Assembly: GCA_049968235.1 (NCBI GenBank)
Contig: JBMFRC010000001.1
Coordinates: 96,001-160,000, forward strand
Length of the DNA: 64,000 nucleotides
Reading direction: 5' to 3'
Origin: Candidatus Hydrogenedens sp.
Lineage (GTDB): Bacteria; Hydrogenedentota; Hydrogenedentia; Hydrogenedentales; Hydrogenedentaceae
Shown here: positions 35,023-44,827 of the stretch, in pieces
How positions within the stretch are numbered: position 1 is the first letter of the stretch
Layout: each line of letters opens with the position of its first letter
Made by a program: the position numbers and the translations under genes
Notes under the pieces: model-generated
Told to the model about the DNA's origin: nothing
Databases searched by the model: none
Seen by the model: the letters and a program-made list of their open reading frames with translations, nothing else

Positions 35023-36801
35023 TTAATCTTCATAATAGTCTGTATGGGCTATCACTTCTTTTGCAGAAGTAACACCCTGAACACATTTTATTATACCTTC
35101 CTCGCGTAATGTTCGCATACCTAATTTCTTTCTCGCATATCTACGAATATCATACGCCATTGCACGGTCTAAAATCATTTCACAAACAGTTTCATCTACC
35201 TGTAAAATTTCAAATAAACCTGTTCTGCCCATATAACCAATATAATCACATGCGGGGCATCCTTTGGGTCGGAACAATTGAAGTTTCGGGTCATCCTGCC
35301 AATTTTTCGGTAAGCCTAATTCTTGCATCTCTTCTTTTGATGGACGATACCGTTCTCTGCAATGCCTGCAAAGACAACGCACCAACCGTTGTGCCAATAC
35401 CGCCTCTAAGGAAGCGGTTATCAGGTAGGGTTCAACATCCATATCCAGTAGACGGGTAATTGTTTCAGGAGCACTATTGGTATGCAAGGTACTTAACACA
35501 AGGTGCCCTGTTAATGATGCCTCTACTGCAATTTGTGCCGTTTCAAGGTCACGGATTTCACCGACCATTACAATATCCGGGTCCTGACGCAAGATAGAAC
35601 GCAAACCTGCTGCGAAGGTTAGTCCTACTTCTTCATTTACCTGACATTGCATTACCCTATCTATTTGCAATTCTACGGGGTCTTCCATCGTAATAATTTT
35701 TACTTCTTCGCTATTTAATTTTGCAATACACCCATATAAGGTAGTTGTCTTTCCTGAACCCGTAGGACCTGTAACTAACAAGATACCATTAGGACGGGCT
35801 AAAACATCATCCAACTTTGCTTTTACATTTTCACTTAACCCTAAACGGTCTAAATCGATACGGACCGCAGTTCGGTCCAAAATACGCATTACCACTCCTT
35901 CACCATACAATGTAGGAAGTGTCGCAACACGGATATCTATAATACTATCCCCAACTTTCAATTCAATACGCGAGTCTTGTGGTAATCGTCGTTCACCAAT
36001 ATCCATATTACACATAATTTTTACACGGGATACTAATGCAATTGCTAAAGTCTTGGGAGGATTGACAATTTCATGCAGAACGCCATCTACACGGATACGA
36101 ATACGAAAACGGTCTTCATATACTTCAAAATGAATGTCGGACGCCCTTTTCTTTACCGCTTCTAAAAATACCAGATTAACGATTTTAATAACTTCGGGCA
36201 ATTGTGCCAATTCCACCAAATTTTCAGTATCTTTGACAATTTCCTGTGTTCCCAATTCTTCAAGAGATAAATCTGAAGAACCTACTTTATCCTGCAATTC
36301 GGAAATCATCTCATGGATAGAATCGGTTTCGAAGGAATAATTATTTTTCCATGCGATGGCAATATCCTGCGGATTGCTAATAGCCCCCCGAACAGGCTGA
36401 CCGGTAATATGTCGTAAATCATCTAAAATTTGTAAATTTAAGGGGTCTGCCATTGCCACTACAAGGACACCATCTACCTCTTTGATAGGAATAACATTGT
36501 AAAAGCGAGCCACATCAGACGAAATTTTTCGTATAATATTTTCGGGGATTTTCAGTCGGGTAACATCAATCTTTTCCATCCCCAGTTGTGTTCCCAGCGC
36601 CTCGACAATTGCTTGCTCATCGCAATAGCCCATAGATACCAGCACACGACCTAAGAAATCGCCTGTTAATCGCTGTCGCTGGAGTGCTTCGTCCAATTGA
36701 AGTGGAATAATTATTCCCTGTTCTACCAGAATATCACCTAATCGACGCTGGTTAATTTGTGTGGTCTTTGTTTGACTGTGTTTCGCTAATGCACTTGACA
36801 T
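35023..36801 (-). CDS. pilB: Type IV pilus extension ATPase PilB (GspE family), with an N-terminal T2SSE_N domain.
   Basis: It has the Walker A motif [16 protein letters not shown], Asp and His boxes (DPDIVMVGEIRDLETAQIAVEASLTGHLVLSTLHTNSA), and the tetracysteine motif CRHCRERY...CPACDYIGYMGR. Confidence 0.85.
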   Translation of the reverse strand: MSSALAKHSQTKTTQINQRRLGDILVEQGIIIPLQLDEALQRQRLTGDFLGRVLVSMGYCDEQAIVEALGTQLGMEKIDVTRLKIPENIIRKISSDVARFYNVIPIKEVDGVLVVAMADPLNLQILDDLRHITGQPVRGAISNPQDIAIAWKNNYSFETDSIHEMISELQDKVGSSDLSLEELGTQEIVKDTENLVELAQLPEVIKIVNLVFLEAVKKRASDIHFEVYEDRFRIRIRVDGVLHEIVNPPKTLAIALVSRVKIMCNMDIGERRLPQDSRIELKVGDSIIDIRVATLPTLYGEGVVMRILDRTAVRIDLDRLGLSENVKAKLDDVLARPNGILLVTGPTGSGKTTTLYGCIAKLNSEEVKIITMEDPVELQIDRVMQCQVNEEVGLTFAAGLRSILRQDPDIVMVGEIRDLETAQIAVEASLTGHLVLSTLHTNSAPETITRLLDMDVEPYLITASLEAVLAQRLVRCLCRHCRERYRPSKEEMQELGLPKNWQDDPKLQLFRPKGCPACDYIGYMGRTGLFEILQVDETVCEMILDRAMAYDIRRYARKKLGMRTLREEGIIKCVQGVTSAKEVIAHTDYYED

Positions 36802-36831
36802 ATTACAAACTTTCTTTTATGTCTTCTTAAA

Positions 36832-37941
36832 CTATGCAACTTCTCCTTCTTTCTTGGGAGCAGGTCCACCTTCAATACCCAAAGCACGCGCAGCCGCTTC
36901 AAATTCATCCGGCATCTGTGCTTTGGCAAGGCAGTCTTCATATTTGCAAATACCCTTACGATACAGGGCAAGTAGATGTTCATCCAGCAAATTCATACCA
37001 TACTTATGTCCCGTCTGAATAGCGGATGTAATACGATAGGTTTTATTTTCACGAATTAAGTTTTGAATAGCAGGGGTACAATACATAATTTCATACGCAG
37101 CCACACGACCAAAACCACTTTTCCGGGGGACAAGAGTCTGGGAAATCACTGCTTTTAAGTTACCTGCTAACTGGGTCCGAATTTGTTCCTGCTGGTTTGA
37201 TGGGAAAGCGTCCACGACACGGTCTACCGTTCTCACCGCACCTGTGGTGTGAAGGGTTGCGAATACAAGGTGCCCCGTTTCGGCTGCGGTAATTGCCGCT
37301 TCGATAGTTTCGAGGTCACGCATTTCCCCGACGAGAATTACATCCGGGTCCATACGCAATGCTCTTCTCAAAGCCTCTGCGAAAGTCGGTACATCTACAC
37401 CTACTTCACGCTGGGTAATAATTCCTTTTTTATGGGTGTGATAGTATTCTATTGGGTCTTCAATAGTAATAATATGAGAATCTAAATTAGTATTAATCCA
37501 ATCAAGCATGGTAGCCAATGTTGTTGTTTTTCCGGAACCCGTGGGTCCTGTAATCAGAACCAATCCACGCGGTTGTCGGAGTAAGTTTTCTATATGTCGG
37601 GGCAAACCTAATTCTTCAAAAGTTAGTATTTTGCGAGGGATTAGTCGCAATACGATACCTACATACCCCTTTTGTTTAAAAATAGCCACACGGAAACGTG
37701 CAATATCCTCAAATGCGAAACCGAAGTCAGAACCACCTACTTCTTGCAATTCTTGTTGATTATCTACAGAAGCAATACTTTTCATTAATCGTTCGGTATC
37801 TTCGGGCGTTAATGGGTCTTCACCAAAGAAAACCAATCGACCGTGAACTCTTCCCACAGGAGGATTATCCACCGCAAGATGTAAGTCAGAGCCTTCACGG
37901 TCTATCAACATCCGCAATAAACTTACCATTTCATAAGCCAT
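36832..37941 (-). CDS. pilT: Twitching-motility retraction ATPase PilT.
   Basis: The whole 369-aa protein is close to canonical PilT: [77 protein letters not shown] and AIQNLIRE. The size is typical. Confidence 0.9.
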   Translation of the reverse strand: MAYEMVSLLRMLIDREGSDLHLAVDNPPVGRVHGRLVFFGEDPLTPEDTERLMKSIASVDNQQELQEVGGSDFGFAFEDIARFRVAIFKQKGYVGIVLRLIPRKILTFEELGLPRHIENLLRQPRGLVLITGPTGSGKTTTLATMLDWINTNLDSHIITIEDPIEYYHTHKKGIITQREVGVDVPTFAEALRRALRMDPDVILVGEMRDLETIEAAITAAETGHLVFATLHTTGAVRTVDRVVDAFPSNQQEQIRTQLAGNLKAVISQTLVPRKSGFGRVAAYEIMYCTPAIQNLIRENKTYRITSAIQTGHKYGMNLLDEHLLALYRKGICKYEDCLAKAQMPDEFEAAARALGIEGGPAPKKEGEVA

Positions 37942-37963
37942 ATATGTATCTCCTTATATTCAA

Positions 37964-39805
37964 TTATACTGCAACAGCAGGTTTGCGAAGAGGTTCATCA
38001 ATTCGTGTCCGTTTATTAACTTCTTCGACTGTAGTAATACCCATAGTCGCTTTACGCCATGCATCTTCACGCATGGTGGACATTCCCGATAAGCGGGCTT
38101 CTCTTCGAATTGCCGTCGCGGACTCTCCTCGCATGACCATTTCACGAATACGGTCTGTCGTTTGTAACAATTCATAAACGCCCAATCGTCCTTGATAACC
38201 CGTCTGATTACAATTGTCACAGCCCGCACCATGATATAACTCAATTGTAGAGAGGTCTACAGGAAAACCCAATCGGCGAATTTCAAATTCCGGAGGAACG
38301 CAGGGTTCTTTACAAACAGTGCAAATTGTTCTCACCAATCGTTGAGCAAGTATTGCGCGAATACCGGATGCCACAAGGAACGGTTTCACGCCGATATCCA
38401 CCAATCGGGTAAATGCGGTAGCGGTATCATTGGTGTGTAATGTTGAGAAAACCAGATGCCCTGTTAATGCGGCTTTAATAGCAATTTCAGCAGTCTCTAA
38501 GTCACGGATTTCACCGACCATTACAATATCGGGGTCCTGGCGGAATATAGCACGCAAAGCCCGGGCAAAATCCCAGCCAATTTCATGGTTGATTTGCACC
38601 TGATTAATCCCTGTAATTTGATACTCCACAGGGTCTTCTAAAGTAATAATTTTTACATCGGGCTGATTTAGATTATGGAGAGAAGCATAAAGGGTGGTGG
38701 TCTTCCCTGAACCTGTAGGTCCCGTAACCAGAACAACACCTGTAGCATGCTGAATTATTCGCTCCCAATTGTTTTGGACCTCTGGACTAAAGCCTAACTG
38801 CCCCAAACCTAACATAAGCCCGCTTTTGTCAAGAATACGCATAACGACACTTTCACCGAACACAGCTGGCAGAGAACTCACACGAAGGTCTATCACTTTA
38901 TTCCCTAATGTCATTTTGATTCGTCCATCCTGTGGAACCCGCCTTTCGGAAATATCCATCCCTGCCATAATTTTAAGTCGGGATATAATAGCTGCCTGTG
39001 CCCGTTTGGGGGGTAACGGCATTAAATGCATTACACCGTCTATACGATACCTTACTTTTACATCGGTTTTTCCAGGTTCGATATGTATATCACTTGCTCG
39101 TAAACGAAATGCTTCTAATATCATCTGATGAACATACTTTACCACAGGATTATCTGCATCCCCTTCTTCCATACCTTCTGTTGTTATGGATGTAGAAGGA
39201 AGATTCGCATCATCCATACTAACACTGCTTAAAGAAATATCGCTGGCACTAAAACTTGATGAAGAAGCCAAGGAACTATCAAACGAACTTACATTGGACA
39301 TCGAAGATAAGGAACTTACACTGCTGGCACTACTCGCAGAACTTAACAAGCTCTCTACTGTGGCTTCATGAACTCCATAATATTTCCCTAAAGCCATCGT
39401 TATTTCCTCAGGAGAAGCAAGAACTGGCTCTATGGGACGGTCAAGAAGTCGGGAAATATTATCCAGATTATTGACATTGGTCGGGTCCGATGTCGCAATA
39501 ATAACTTTATCCCCTCGCACTTCCACAGGCACTACTTTATAAAGTGTCGCTATGCTTCCATCCATAATATTACGAACACGCTCCGGCACATCCCTCTCAC
39601 TTAATTTTATTATAGGAATACCTAATTGTTCCGATAATGTCTCGATAATATGACTTTTGCTGATATACCCTAAACGAACAAGGATTTCTCCTATTTTTCG
39701 ATGCGACATCGTTGTTTGCTGGCGATGTATTGCTTCTCGAAGTTGCTCTTCGGATATTATTTTCTTCTCAACAAGTATCTGACCGAATAACTTATAAGTA
39801 CTCAT
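37964..39805 (-). CDS. pilB: Second PilB/GspE-family ATPase. It carries a serine-rich low-complexity linker between the T2SSE_N domain and the ATPase core.
   Basis: It has the Walker A motif [17 protein letters not shown], the core DPDIVMVGEIRDLETAEIAIKAALTGHLVFSTLHTND, and the Cys motif CTVCKEPC...CDNCNQTGYQGR. The insert reads SLLSSASSASSVSSLSSMSNVSSFDSSLASSSSFSASDISLSSVSMDDANLPSTS. Confidence 0.85.
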   Translation of the reverse strand: MSTYKLFGQILVEKKIISEEQLREAIHRQQTTMSHRKIGEILVRLGYISKSHIIETLSEQLGIPIIKLSERDVPERVRNIMDGSIATLYKVVPVEVRGDKVIIATSDPTNVNNLDNISRLLDRPIEPVLASPEEITMALGKYYGVHEATVESLLSSASSASSVSSLSSMSNVSSFDSSLASSSSFSASDISLSSVSMDDANLPSTSITTEGMEEGDADNPVVKYVHQMILEAFRLRASDIHIEPGKTDVKVRYRIDGVMHLMPLPPKRAQAAIISRLKIMAGMDISERRVPQDGRIKMTLGNKVIDLRVSSLPAVFGESVVMRILDKSGLMLGLGQLGFSPEVQNNWERIIQHATGVVLVTGPTGSGKTTTLYASLHNLNQPDVKIITLEDPVEYQITGINQVQINHEIGWDFARALRAIFRQDPDIVMVGEIRDLETAEIAIKAALTGHLVFSTLHTNDTATAFTRLVDIGVKPFLVASGIRAILAQRLVRTICTVCKEPCVPPEFEIRRLGFPVDLSTIELYHGAGCDNCNQTGYQGRLGVYELLQTTDRIREMVMRGESATAIRREARLSGMSTMREDAWRKATMGITTVEEVNKRTRIDEPLRKPAVAV

Positions 39806-39880
39806 ATTCTATATCCATGTTTTCTCTATATACTTTAACATAATTTTAAACAAAAATCAATGTTAAAAATGCGGATTTAG

Positions 39881-39914
39881 TTATAATTACATAAAAAATA
39901 TATTTTGATGTCAA
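39881..39914 (-). promoter_or_regulatory. Candidate promoter for the pilB-pilT-pilB-pilC-pilin operon on the minus strand. The -35 box is a perfect TTGACA.
   Basis: Reverse-complementing 39880-39914 gives TTGACAtcaaaatatattttttatGTAATTATAAc. TTGACA is followed, after a 17-nt spacer, by TGTAAT, and TATAAC follows after 23 nt. These lie in the 213-nt intergenic gap between the gspM-like stop and the pilB start at 39805. The -10 box is ambiguous. Confidence 0.3.
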
Positions 39915-40018
39915 TAATTTATTACAAATCTTTGTGACCCCTATTTATTTTTATATCTTCTATTATATATTATAAAAGTCAGGCGAACCTTTTTTACAAT
40001 ACGAAAATATGGTTTTTC

Positions 40019-40531
40019 TTATTTTAATGTTACAAGGGTTAATTCGCAATCAATGCCTTTCCCGCTTTGATTGGGTTTTAATTTATCCATTTTATACACA
40101 GCTAATAAATAGGAATCGTCATAAATACGCTTTAAGAATTCGGAAAACCGTTTTAAGGACACCCCTTCTAGTTTAATTTGCACCATCGGTTGGCGGGAAC
40201 TACTTGCTCGTGCACGATAATTATCAAGTTTGGCTCTATCGGTTAATTGAGTTTCTTTGAGTAATTGGTTCACATAGGAAAAGAAGTCAAAATTTGGAGG
40301 TCTCTTTTCTATTATACGAAGTAACATTTCCTGAGTTTTTAAACTTTCTTCTTGTTCTTTCTTTAGTTTCTCTACCATTTGCAATTGATTATATGATTGA
40401 GTTAGTTCATTTCTGGATTGCAAAAATTTTCGATAAGGTCCTCTATGGAGATATATTGCCATGCTTATAACAGCGATAAAACTCACAATCATTGTAATTA
40501 AATAAATTCGATCAAGAAGAGTTTGGTTCAT
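40019..40531 (-). CDS. gspM: GspM-like bitopic inner-membrane protein, assigned by position and topology.
   Basis: It is 170 aa long, with one N-terminal TM helix (IYLITMIVSFIAVISMAIYL) and a periplasmic coiled-coil/alpha-beta region. It is the last gene after the gspL-like gene in an otherwise canonical gspC-M array. No family-specific motif was recognised. Confidence 0.35.
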   Translation of the reverse strand: MNQTLLDRIYLITMIVSFIAVISMAIYLHRGPYRKFLQSRNELTQSYNQLQMVEKLKKEQEESLKTQEMLLRIIEKRPPNFDFFSYVNQLLKETQLTDRAKLDNYRARASSSRQPMVQIKLEGVSLKRFSEFLKRIYDDSYLLAVYKMDKLKPNQSGKGIDCELTLVTLK

Positions 40532-40548
40532 TTTCTCTACCTCATTTG

Positions 40549-42108
40549 TTATTTTTTCTCTGCACTGGTTTGAGGTGAAGCATTATTTTTTTGTGGGAGC
40601 GAAGACTTTTGTACTTTTTGTATTCGTATTGCAAAACTGGTTTGATTTCCTTGAGCACTTAATTCTGGCTCATCCACAATATTAAAATAACTTACCTTCT
40701 TTAATTCAGAAATCGCCTGATTTATAAAAGCGGAATCGCCGGTTGTTCCCTGTATTCGAATCCACCAACTTTGCACATCAGGCGAACTTAATTTAATTTC
40801 TGTAATATTCACTTTATCCGAGGGCAGTTTTTCGGCAATGGTATTTAGTATATCCAGAAGAGGGGGGTCAAAGAAGGGAGATAAATCTATATTCTCATCC
40901 AGCCCTTTCTCCTGATTAACTCGATCTATTTCCTGGGTTAATTCATTTGCCTTTGCTTTATATAGATTACTATAAACAAGATTATTTAGTGTTAATTGTT
41001 GAAGGAAAAAGGCACCGCATACAAGCCCGGTCAGGATAAGACAATTGGTAAATATCAAATGACGGGATAAAGAGGATAAATAGGAATATAAGGATTGGTT
41101 TTCTTTTAGCAAATTAAATGAAAAGTAGGGGTCTAATGTTATTCCTGCTATACCCATGAGAGGATACCAGCGGGAAAGTGATTCCTCGGATTCTGCTTTC
41201 ATAGTATTTGGGAAAAGTAAAGATTGAGATAAAGAAACAGGCTCCACTTCCATCTTTACCAATCGTGAAAAAACACCTATCTCTTCATCGGATAAAGATA
41301 ATCCACTAATTTCTAATTTTTCTATTCCTTCTTTACTTTTCCATCGGGCAAGAAATGCTCTTAGGCTATTTTGTACTTCCCGGGCAAAAATTTCAGGATT
41401 CTCATAATAATTCTGAACACCTAATACCAGATGCCGTATAAAAACGAGTTTTCCTTCGTAAAGAACAGCAAGCGTAGAGAAATCTTTATGAACCACCAAA
41501 GCAGATTTTAATTTTTTTGTTTCTTTGCTTGCCTTTTCCCAGAGATATACTAAACCGAGTGAATTAATAACTGCAGTTTCGGGTTCTACAGAAAATTCCC
41601 GTAGGTATTGGATATAGTTTTGTATATGCTGTTTGCGGACACCCATCGTCAATACTTCTGTCTCTTTTTTTGTTTCATTCACCACAGTAAAATCAAGCAT
41701 TAACTCTTCAATGGGGAAAGGAATATGGGGTTCTAATTCAAAGCGAAGAGCAGACACTACTTTCTTCATTCCCCGAAATGGAACTGTTAATGACCGCACG
41801 ATACTTACAGAACACGGAACGGAAAGGGCAAAACATGTTGGTTTATGTTTTAATTGTTTAAAGGCTTCCTCTAATGCATTCAATACAGGTTCATCTTTAT
41901 TGGGCGTTTCTTCTGCTGAAATTACAGGCACTTCAATATCTTGAAGTAATTCAAGATTTTTACCTTTTTTTCGAACGGTTGCTAATCGAACCACATTTTC
42001 GCAAATCTCAATTGTTGTTACCAAATTTCCCATGTGTCTTTCTTTCGTTTTTATGGCTTTTATGGCTATATATTTTTTATTTTTCCCTATTATTTTATAA
42101 CTTTCCAA
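40549..42108 (-). CDS. gspL: GspL-like protein. It has a cytoplasmic actin-like domain, a single TM helix and a periplasmic domain, and may be a PilM/PilN-type fusion.
   Basis: The topology matches. The N-terminal about 300 aa are soluble (LVTTIEICENVVRLATVRKKGKNLELLQDIEVPV...). The TM helix is LIFTNCLILTGLVCGAFFLQQL and a C-terminal domain of about 170 aa follows. It sits between gspK and the gspM-like gene. The annotated start overlaps gspK by 19 nt, so the alternative start MGNLVTT (about 42033) is plausible. Confidence 0.5.
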   Translation of the reverse strand: MESYKIIGKNKKYIAIKAIKTKERHMGNLVTTIEICENVVRLATVRKKGKNLELLQDIEVPVISAEETPNKDEPVLNALEEAFKQLKHKPTCFALSVPCSVSIVRSLTVPFRGMKKVVSALRFELEPHIPFPIEELMLDFTVVNETKKETEVLTMGVRKQHIQNYIQYLREFSVEPETAVINSLGLVYLWEKASKETKKLKSALVVHKDFSTLAVLYEGKLVFIRHLVLGVQNYYENPEIFAREVQNSLRAFLARWKSKEGIEKLEISGLSLSDEEIGVFSRLVKMEVEPVSLSQSLLFPNTMKAESEESLSRWYPLMGIAGITLDPYFSFNLLKENQSLYSYLSSLSRHLIFTNCLILTGLVCGAFFLQQLTLNNLVYSNLYKAKANELTQEIDRVNQEKGLDENIDLSPFFDPPLLDILNTIAEKLPSDKVNITEIKLSSPDVQSWWIRIQGTTGDSAFINQAISELKKVSYFNIVDEPELSAQGNQTSFAIRIQKVQKSSLPQKNNASPQTSAEKK

Positions 42109-43364
42109 TCCAAAATACGGAATGGCTCTGGAGGTAGCCCTCCTTGATTTTGGACTGTTGTGGAATTATTGTTTGTTCGTTGCATATTTCGAGTTAAATT
42201 TTGTTGATTTGTTTTGTTGGTAGCAGGGTTTATGTTGGGGTTCAGTCCTGAGTTACTGACATCACCTAACTCCATAGGATTACGGAAGACATACGTTTCA
42301 ATTCGCACCATTCTTTTTTGATAAAGCCCATCACCATATATTCGAAAAGCATTGCTCTGGAGAGTAAAAATTTGTCCTGACATAACATAGCGTTGAGTGC
42401 GATTATCCGGTCTTTCGGCAGGTGTAATAACTGGTTTCCCTGCTTGTTGGGGAGTATTTCTTCTCTGTGTTGTCGGTGGTTTGGGTAAAATACCATAGGC
42501 ATCTAGTTGGCTTAAATCTGTAAACGGTTGTGTATGTGCATCATCAAAAATTCGCTGTCCTAAACCTAAATCTGCGGGATTTCCTGTATAACCACTGACA
42601 ATTGCTGCTATTACTTCAGGTTGGGCAGAATTAATGTTTACCCTACCCAGCCAATCTCCATGAACAGTAAAATATTCCGATAGAGGTAACTGATTCTTCT
42701 CCGGGTCACCAAAATATATTTCCGGTGTAATTCCTTTAATCAACAGCAATTCCTCGATTGAATCCATAGGACCATTCTTACATGAGTATGGATTTTCCAA
42801 TCCCATATAATAATCGTTCTCTGCTCCTTGAGGTCTTTCAGAATCGCCCTCATTGTAATCTAACCAGTCGAGAATAGAATCAACAATAATATCCGGACTG
42901 GCACCTTTTCCTGTATCACGTAAGGCAAAAAATTCTTTTAAAGCATTAACTAGAGGTGTCCGTTCTTGAGGTTCTCCTCCAGATTGTGGAACCAGTAAAG
43001 CATTCAAATTTATTTTCCCATATTCATCTGATATTGAAGCATGCATAAGAGCATTATTTAATGGCTCTGTTCCTGCACTCATATTAAAAGAAAGAAGGTC
43101 AAAATCGCTATCTATGGGTGGAGCACCACTCATCATGGTATTTAAATTATCCTCTGCAAGATATGCAATTGCTTTAGCCACTGCAGATTTCGCAGCCAGA
43201 TACGCTTCCAGGTCTCCCTGTTGACTATATGCTAAAGAAGCCTCAACTTCTGCCTCATATAAAAATTCAACTACAATAATGGACAGTAAAGCGATAAATA
43301 CTAATGCAAGAATAATGGCTACTCCTGTCCTTTTGCAAAGTTGAATTTTCGATTTTAATTTCAT
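42090..43364 (-). CDS. gspK: Type II secretion minor pseudopilin GspK.
   Basis: The N-terminus KRTGVAIILALVFIALLSIIVVEF matches the GspK 'RGxALxxVLxxxALL' start, which lacks the +5 Glu. The C-terminal GITPEIYFGD...VNINSAQPEVIAAIV corresponds to the GspK helix-hairpin-helix 'iNiNtA' motif. It lies between the gspJ-like and gspL-like genes. Confidence 0.7.
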   Translation of the reverse strand: MKLKSKIQLCKRTGVAIILALVFIALLSIIVVEFLYEAEVEASLAYSQQGDLEAYLAAKSAVAKAIAYLAEDNLNTMMSGAPPIDSDFDLLSFNMSAGTEPLNNALMHASISDEYGKINLNALLVPQSGGEPQERTPLVNALKEFFALRDTGKGASPDIIVDSILDWLDYNEGDSERPQGAENDYYMGLENPYSCKNGPMDSIEELLLIKGITPEIYFGDPEKNQLPLSEYFTVHGDWLGRVNINSAQPEVIAAIVSGYTGNPADLGLGQRIFDDAHTQPFTDLSQLDAYGILPKPPTTQRRNTPQQAGKPVITPAERPDNRTQRYVMSGQIFTLQSNAFRIYGDGLYQKRMVRIETYVFRNPMELGDVSNSGLNPNINPATNKTNQQNLTRNMQRTNNNSTTVQNQGGLPPEPFRILDWKVIK

Positions 43365-43372
43365 GGTAATTT

Positions 43373-44260
43373 TTACCTTCTATTTCTGAACTTATCGCGT
43401 GCAGTAGTATTCGGAGTTGCACCTTTGGTTTTATTGCTATCCATCTTAAACAGGGAACCGACATCCCGGAAATGATTGGGGTCATCCATAGGTTGGACTG
43501 TTCCTACTGTTGTAGGTAGAACAATCACAAGGTCTATATCTCCTTCCCCATTTGCAGAGGCGTTGTTGACATCTCCATATTCATCAAATAGGTTCGCAAT
43601 AATATGTACCGCCCATGGCATCTGTTGAACTGATAGCGAATCCCATTCTTCTACCCAATCCTGTTTAATGGGGTCATAATAATAGATGTCTAACGAAGCA
43701 AGCGGAACTTTTATTACATTTACAGGCAGAGAATTAATATCGCTCGAAAAGCCACCGGATTCTTCATCCAGAATAAGTGGTGATTCTGTAATAGTCAAAA
43801 ATTGGGGAGCGTTATTTGAAATACCATATATATCTGTGGCAAAGCCCGACAGACCTTCAGGTGGAGATGTATCCTCAAAAGAATAGGTAACTACCCTACG
43901 AATACCCGGTAAGGCAGTGGGTCCTGGCATCGGTAATGAAGTGCAAAAACGGATGGAATCCGCAGGTCCATACTGTCCTGATTCGTTTTTTCCTATAAAT
44001 TGATAACCCGAAGAGGAATAGGAAGAGTCGATATACAGGGCATTAAAAGAATTGAAAAAATGATTTACTAAGAATCGTTGTATCCTCATTTTTTCCGCCG
44101 ATAACCGTGCTAAATCAGTCCCTTTTGATATAGAATCCAACCCTAAATAAACAATGATTACGATAATAGACATTATGGTAAAAGCAATGAGCAACTCCAG
44201 AAGTGTGAAACCATTGGCTTTTTTAGGGTAAGGATATTTATTTTCTTTTTTAATCCACAT
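43373..44260 (-). CDS. gspJ: GspJ-like pseudopilin (295 aa).
   Basis: The prepilin motif is KANGFTLLELLIAFTIMSIIVIIVYLG. It is followed by ...LARLSAEKMRIQRFLVNHF, typical of GspJ/PilW-family minor pseudopilins. It lies between gspI and gspK. Confidence 0.55.
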   Translation of the reverse strand: MWIKKENKYPYPKKANGFTLLELLIAFTIMSIIVIIVYLGLDSISKGTDLARLSAEKMRIQRFLVNHFFNSFNALYIDSSYSSSGYQFIGKNESGQYGPADSIRFCTSLPMPGPTALPGIRRVVTYSFEDTSPPEGLSGFATDIYGISNNAPQFLTITESPLILDEESGGFSSDINSLPVNVIKVPLASLDIYYYDPIKQDWVEEWDSLSVQQMPWAVHIIANLFDEYGDVNNASANGEGDIDLVIVLPTTVGTVQPMDDPNHFRDVGSLFKMDSNKTKGATPNTTARDKFRNRR

Positions 44261-44263
44261 AAA

Positions 44264-44827
44264 TTAATTTCCCAACAGGGAATTCCTTCTTGCAGAGAAG
44301 CCACTGGCAGGGGCTTTCATAGGGTTTGTAGTTCCTCCTCGATTGGTTTTATTGGTATCACCGGTTAAATCATTTGTTTGATTTTCCATAGTCAGGTCAT
44401 AACACAAAAAGGTCAAGTTTTTGCTTTCATTCTCCGGAGTGTATAAGGTTACATTTACAGAATATAAGAGAATAGATGGGTCAGAACCTATTGCAGTGGC
44501 AGAATAACTCCATGAGTAGCCTTCATAACTTGTTCCGAAATCGCCATTTCCTTCCAGTGTCCCCGTCAGCACTCCTATTTCTGCACGGGAGCAAGCCGCA
44601 TAAACCAATTGATTTTCATCTGTCTGATTTATAGTAATCTGGTGAAGTTTCATTGCATTAAAGTAGACATTAAACAGAATAAAAGCGGAACCTCCTAAGA
44701 TGGCTAATGCCGTCAAAATCTCCATCAGCGTGAAACCAACTTTTGTTTTTTTATCTTTTATAGCGAATAAAAATATTTTCATTGGGCTCCTTCCAGCACA
44801 TAAGCACCTGCGGAAACAGGGTCCCAT
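44264..44827 (-). CDS. gspI: GspI-like pseudopilin. The probable true start is MKIFLF... at about 44782, which gives about 172 aa.
   Basis: The prepilin motif is KTKVGFTLMEILTALAILGGSAFILFNVY. With the internal start, the overlap with the upstream gene is 4 nt, indicating translational coupling. It lies between gspH and gspJ. Confidence 0.5.
   Translation of the reverse strand: MGPCFRRCLCAGRSPMKIFLFAIKDKKTKVGFTLMEILTALAILGGSAFILFNVYFNAMKLHQITINQTDENQLVYAACSRAEIGVLTGTLEGNGDFGTSYEGYSWSYSATAIGSDPSILLYSVNVTLYTPENESKNLTFLCYDLTMENQTNDLTGDTNKTNRGGTTNPMKAPASGFSARRNSLLGN

Noticed and set aside
39975-40005. Possible rho-independent terminator (gtcAGGcgaaCCTttttt) after the gspM-like gene
   Set aside because: The stem is only 3-4 bp with weak GC content. 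The T-run is on the plus strand, whereas the operon is on the minus strand. It is not convincing.
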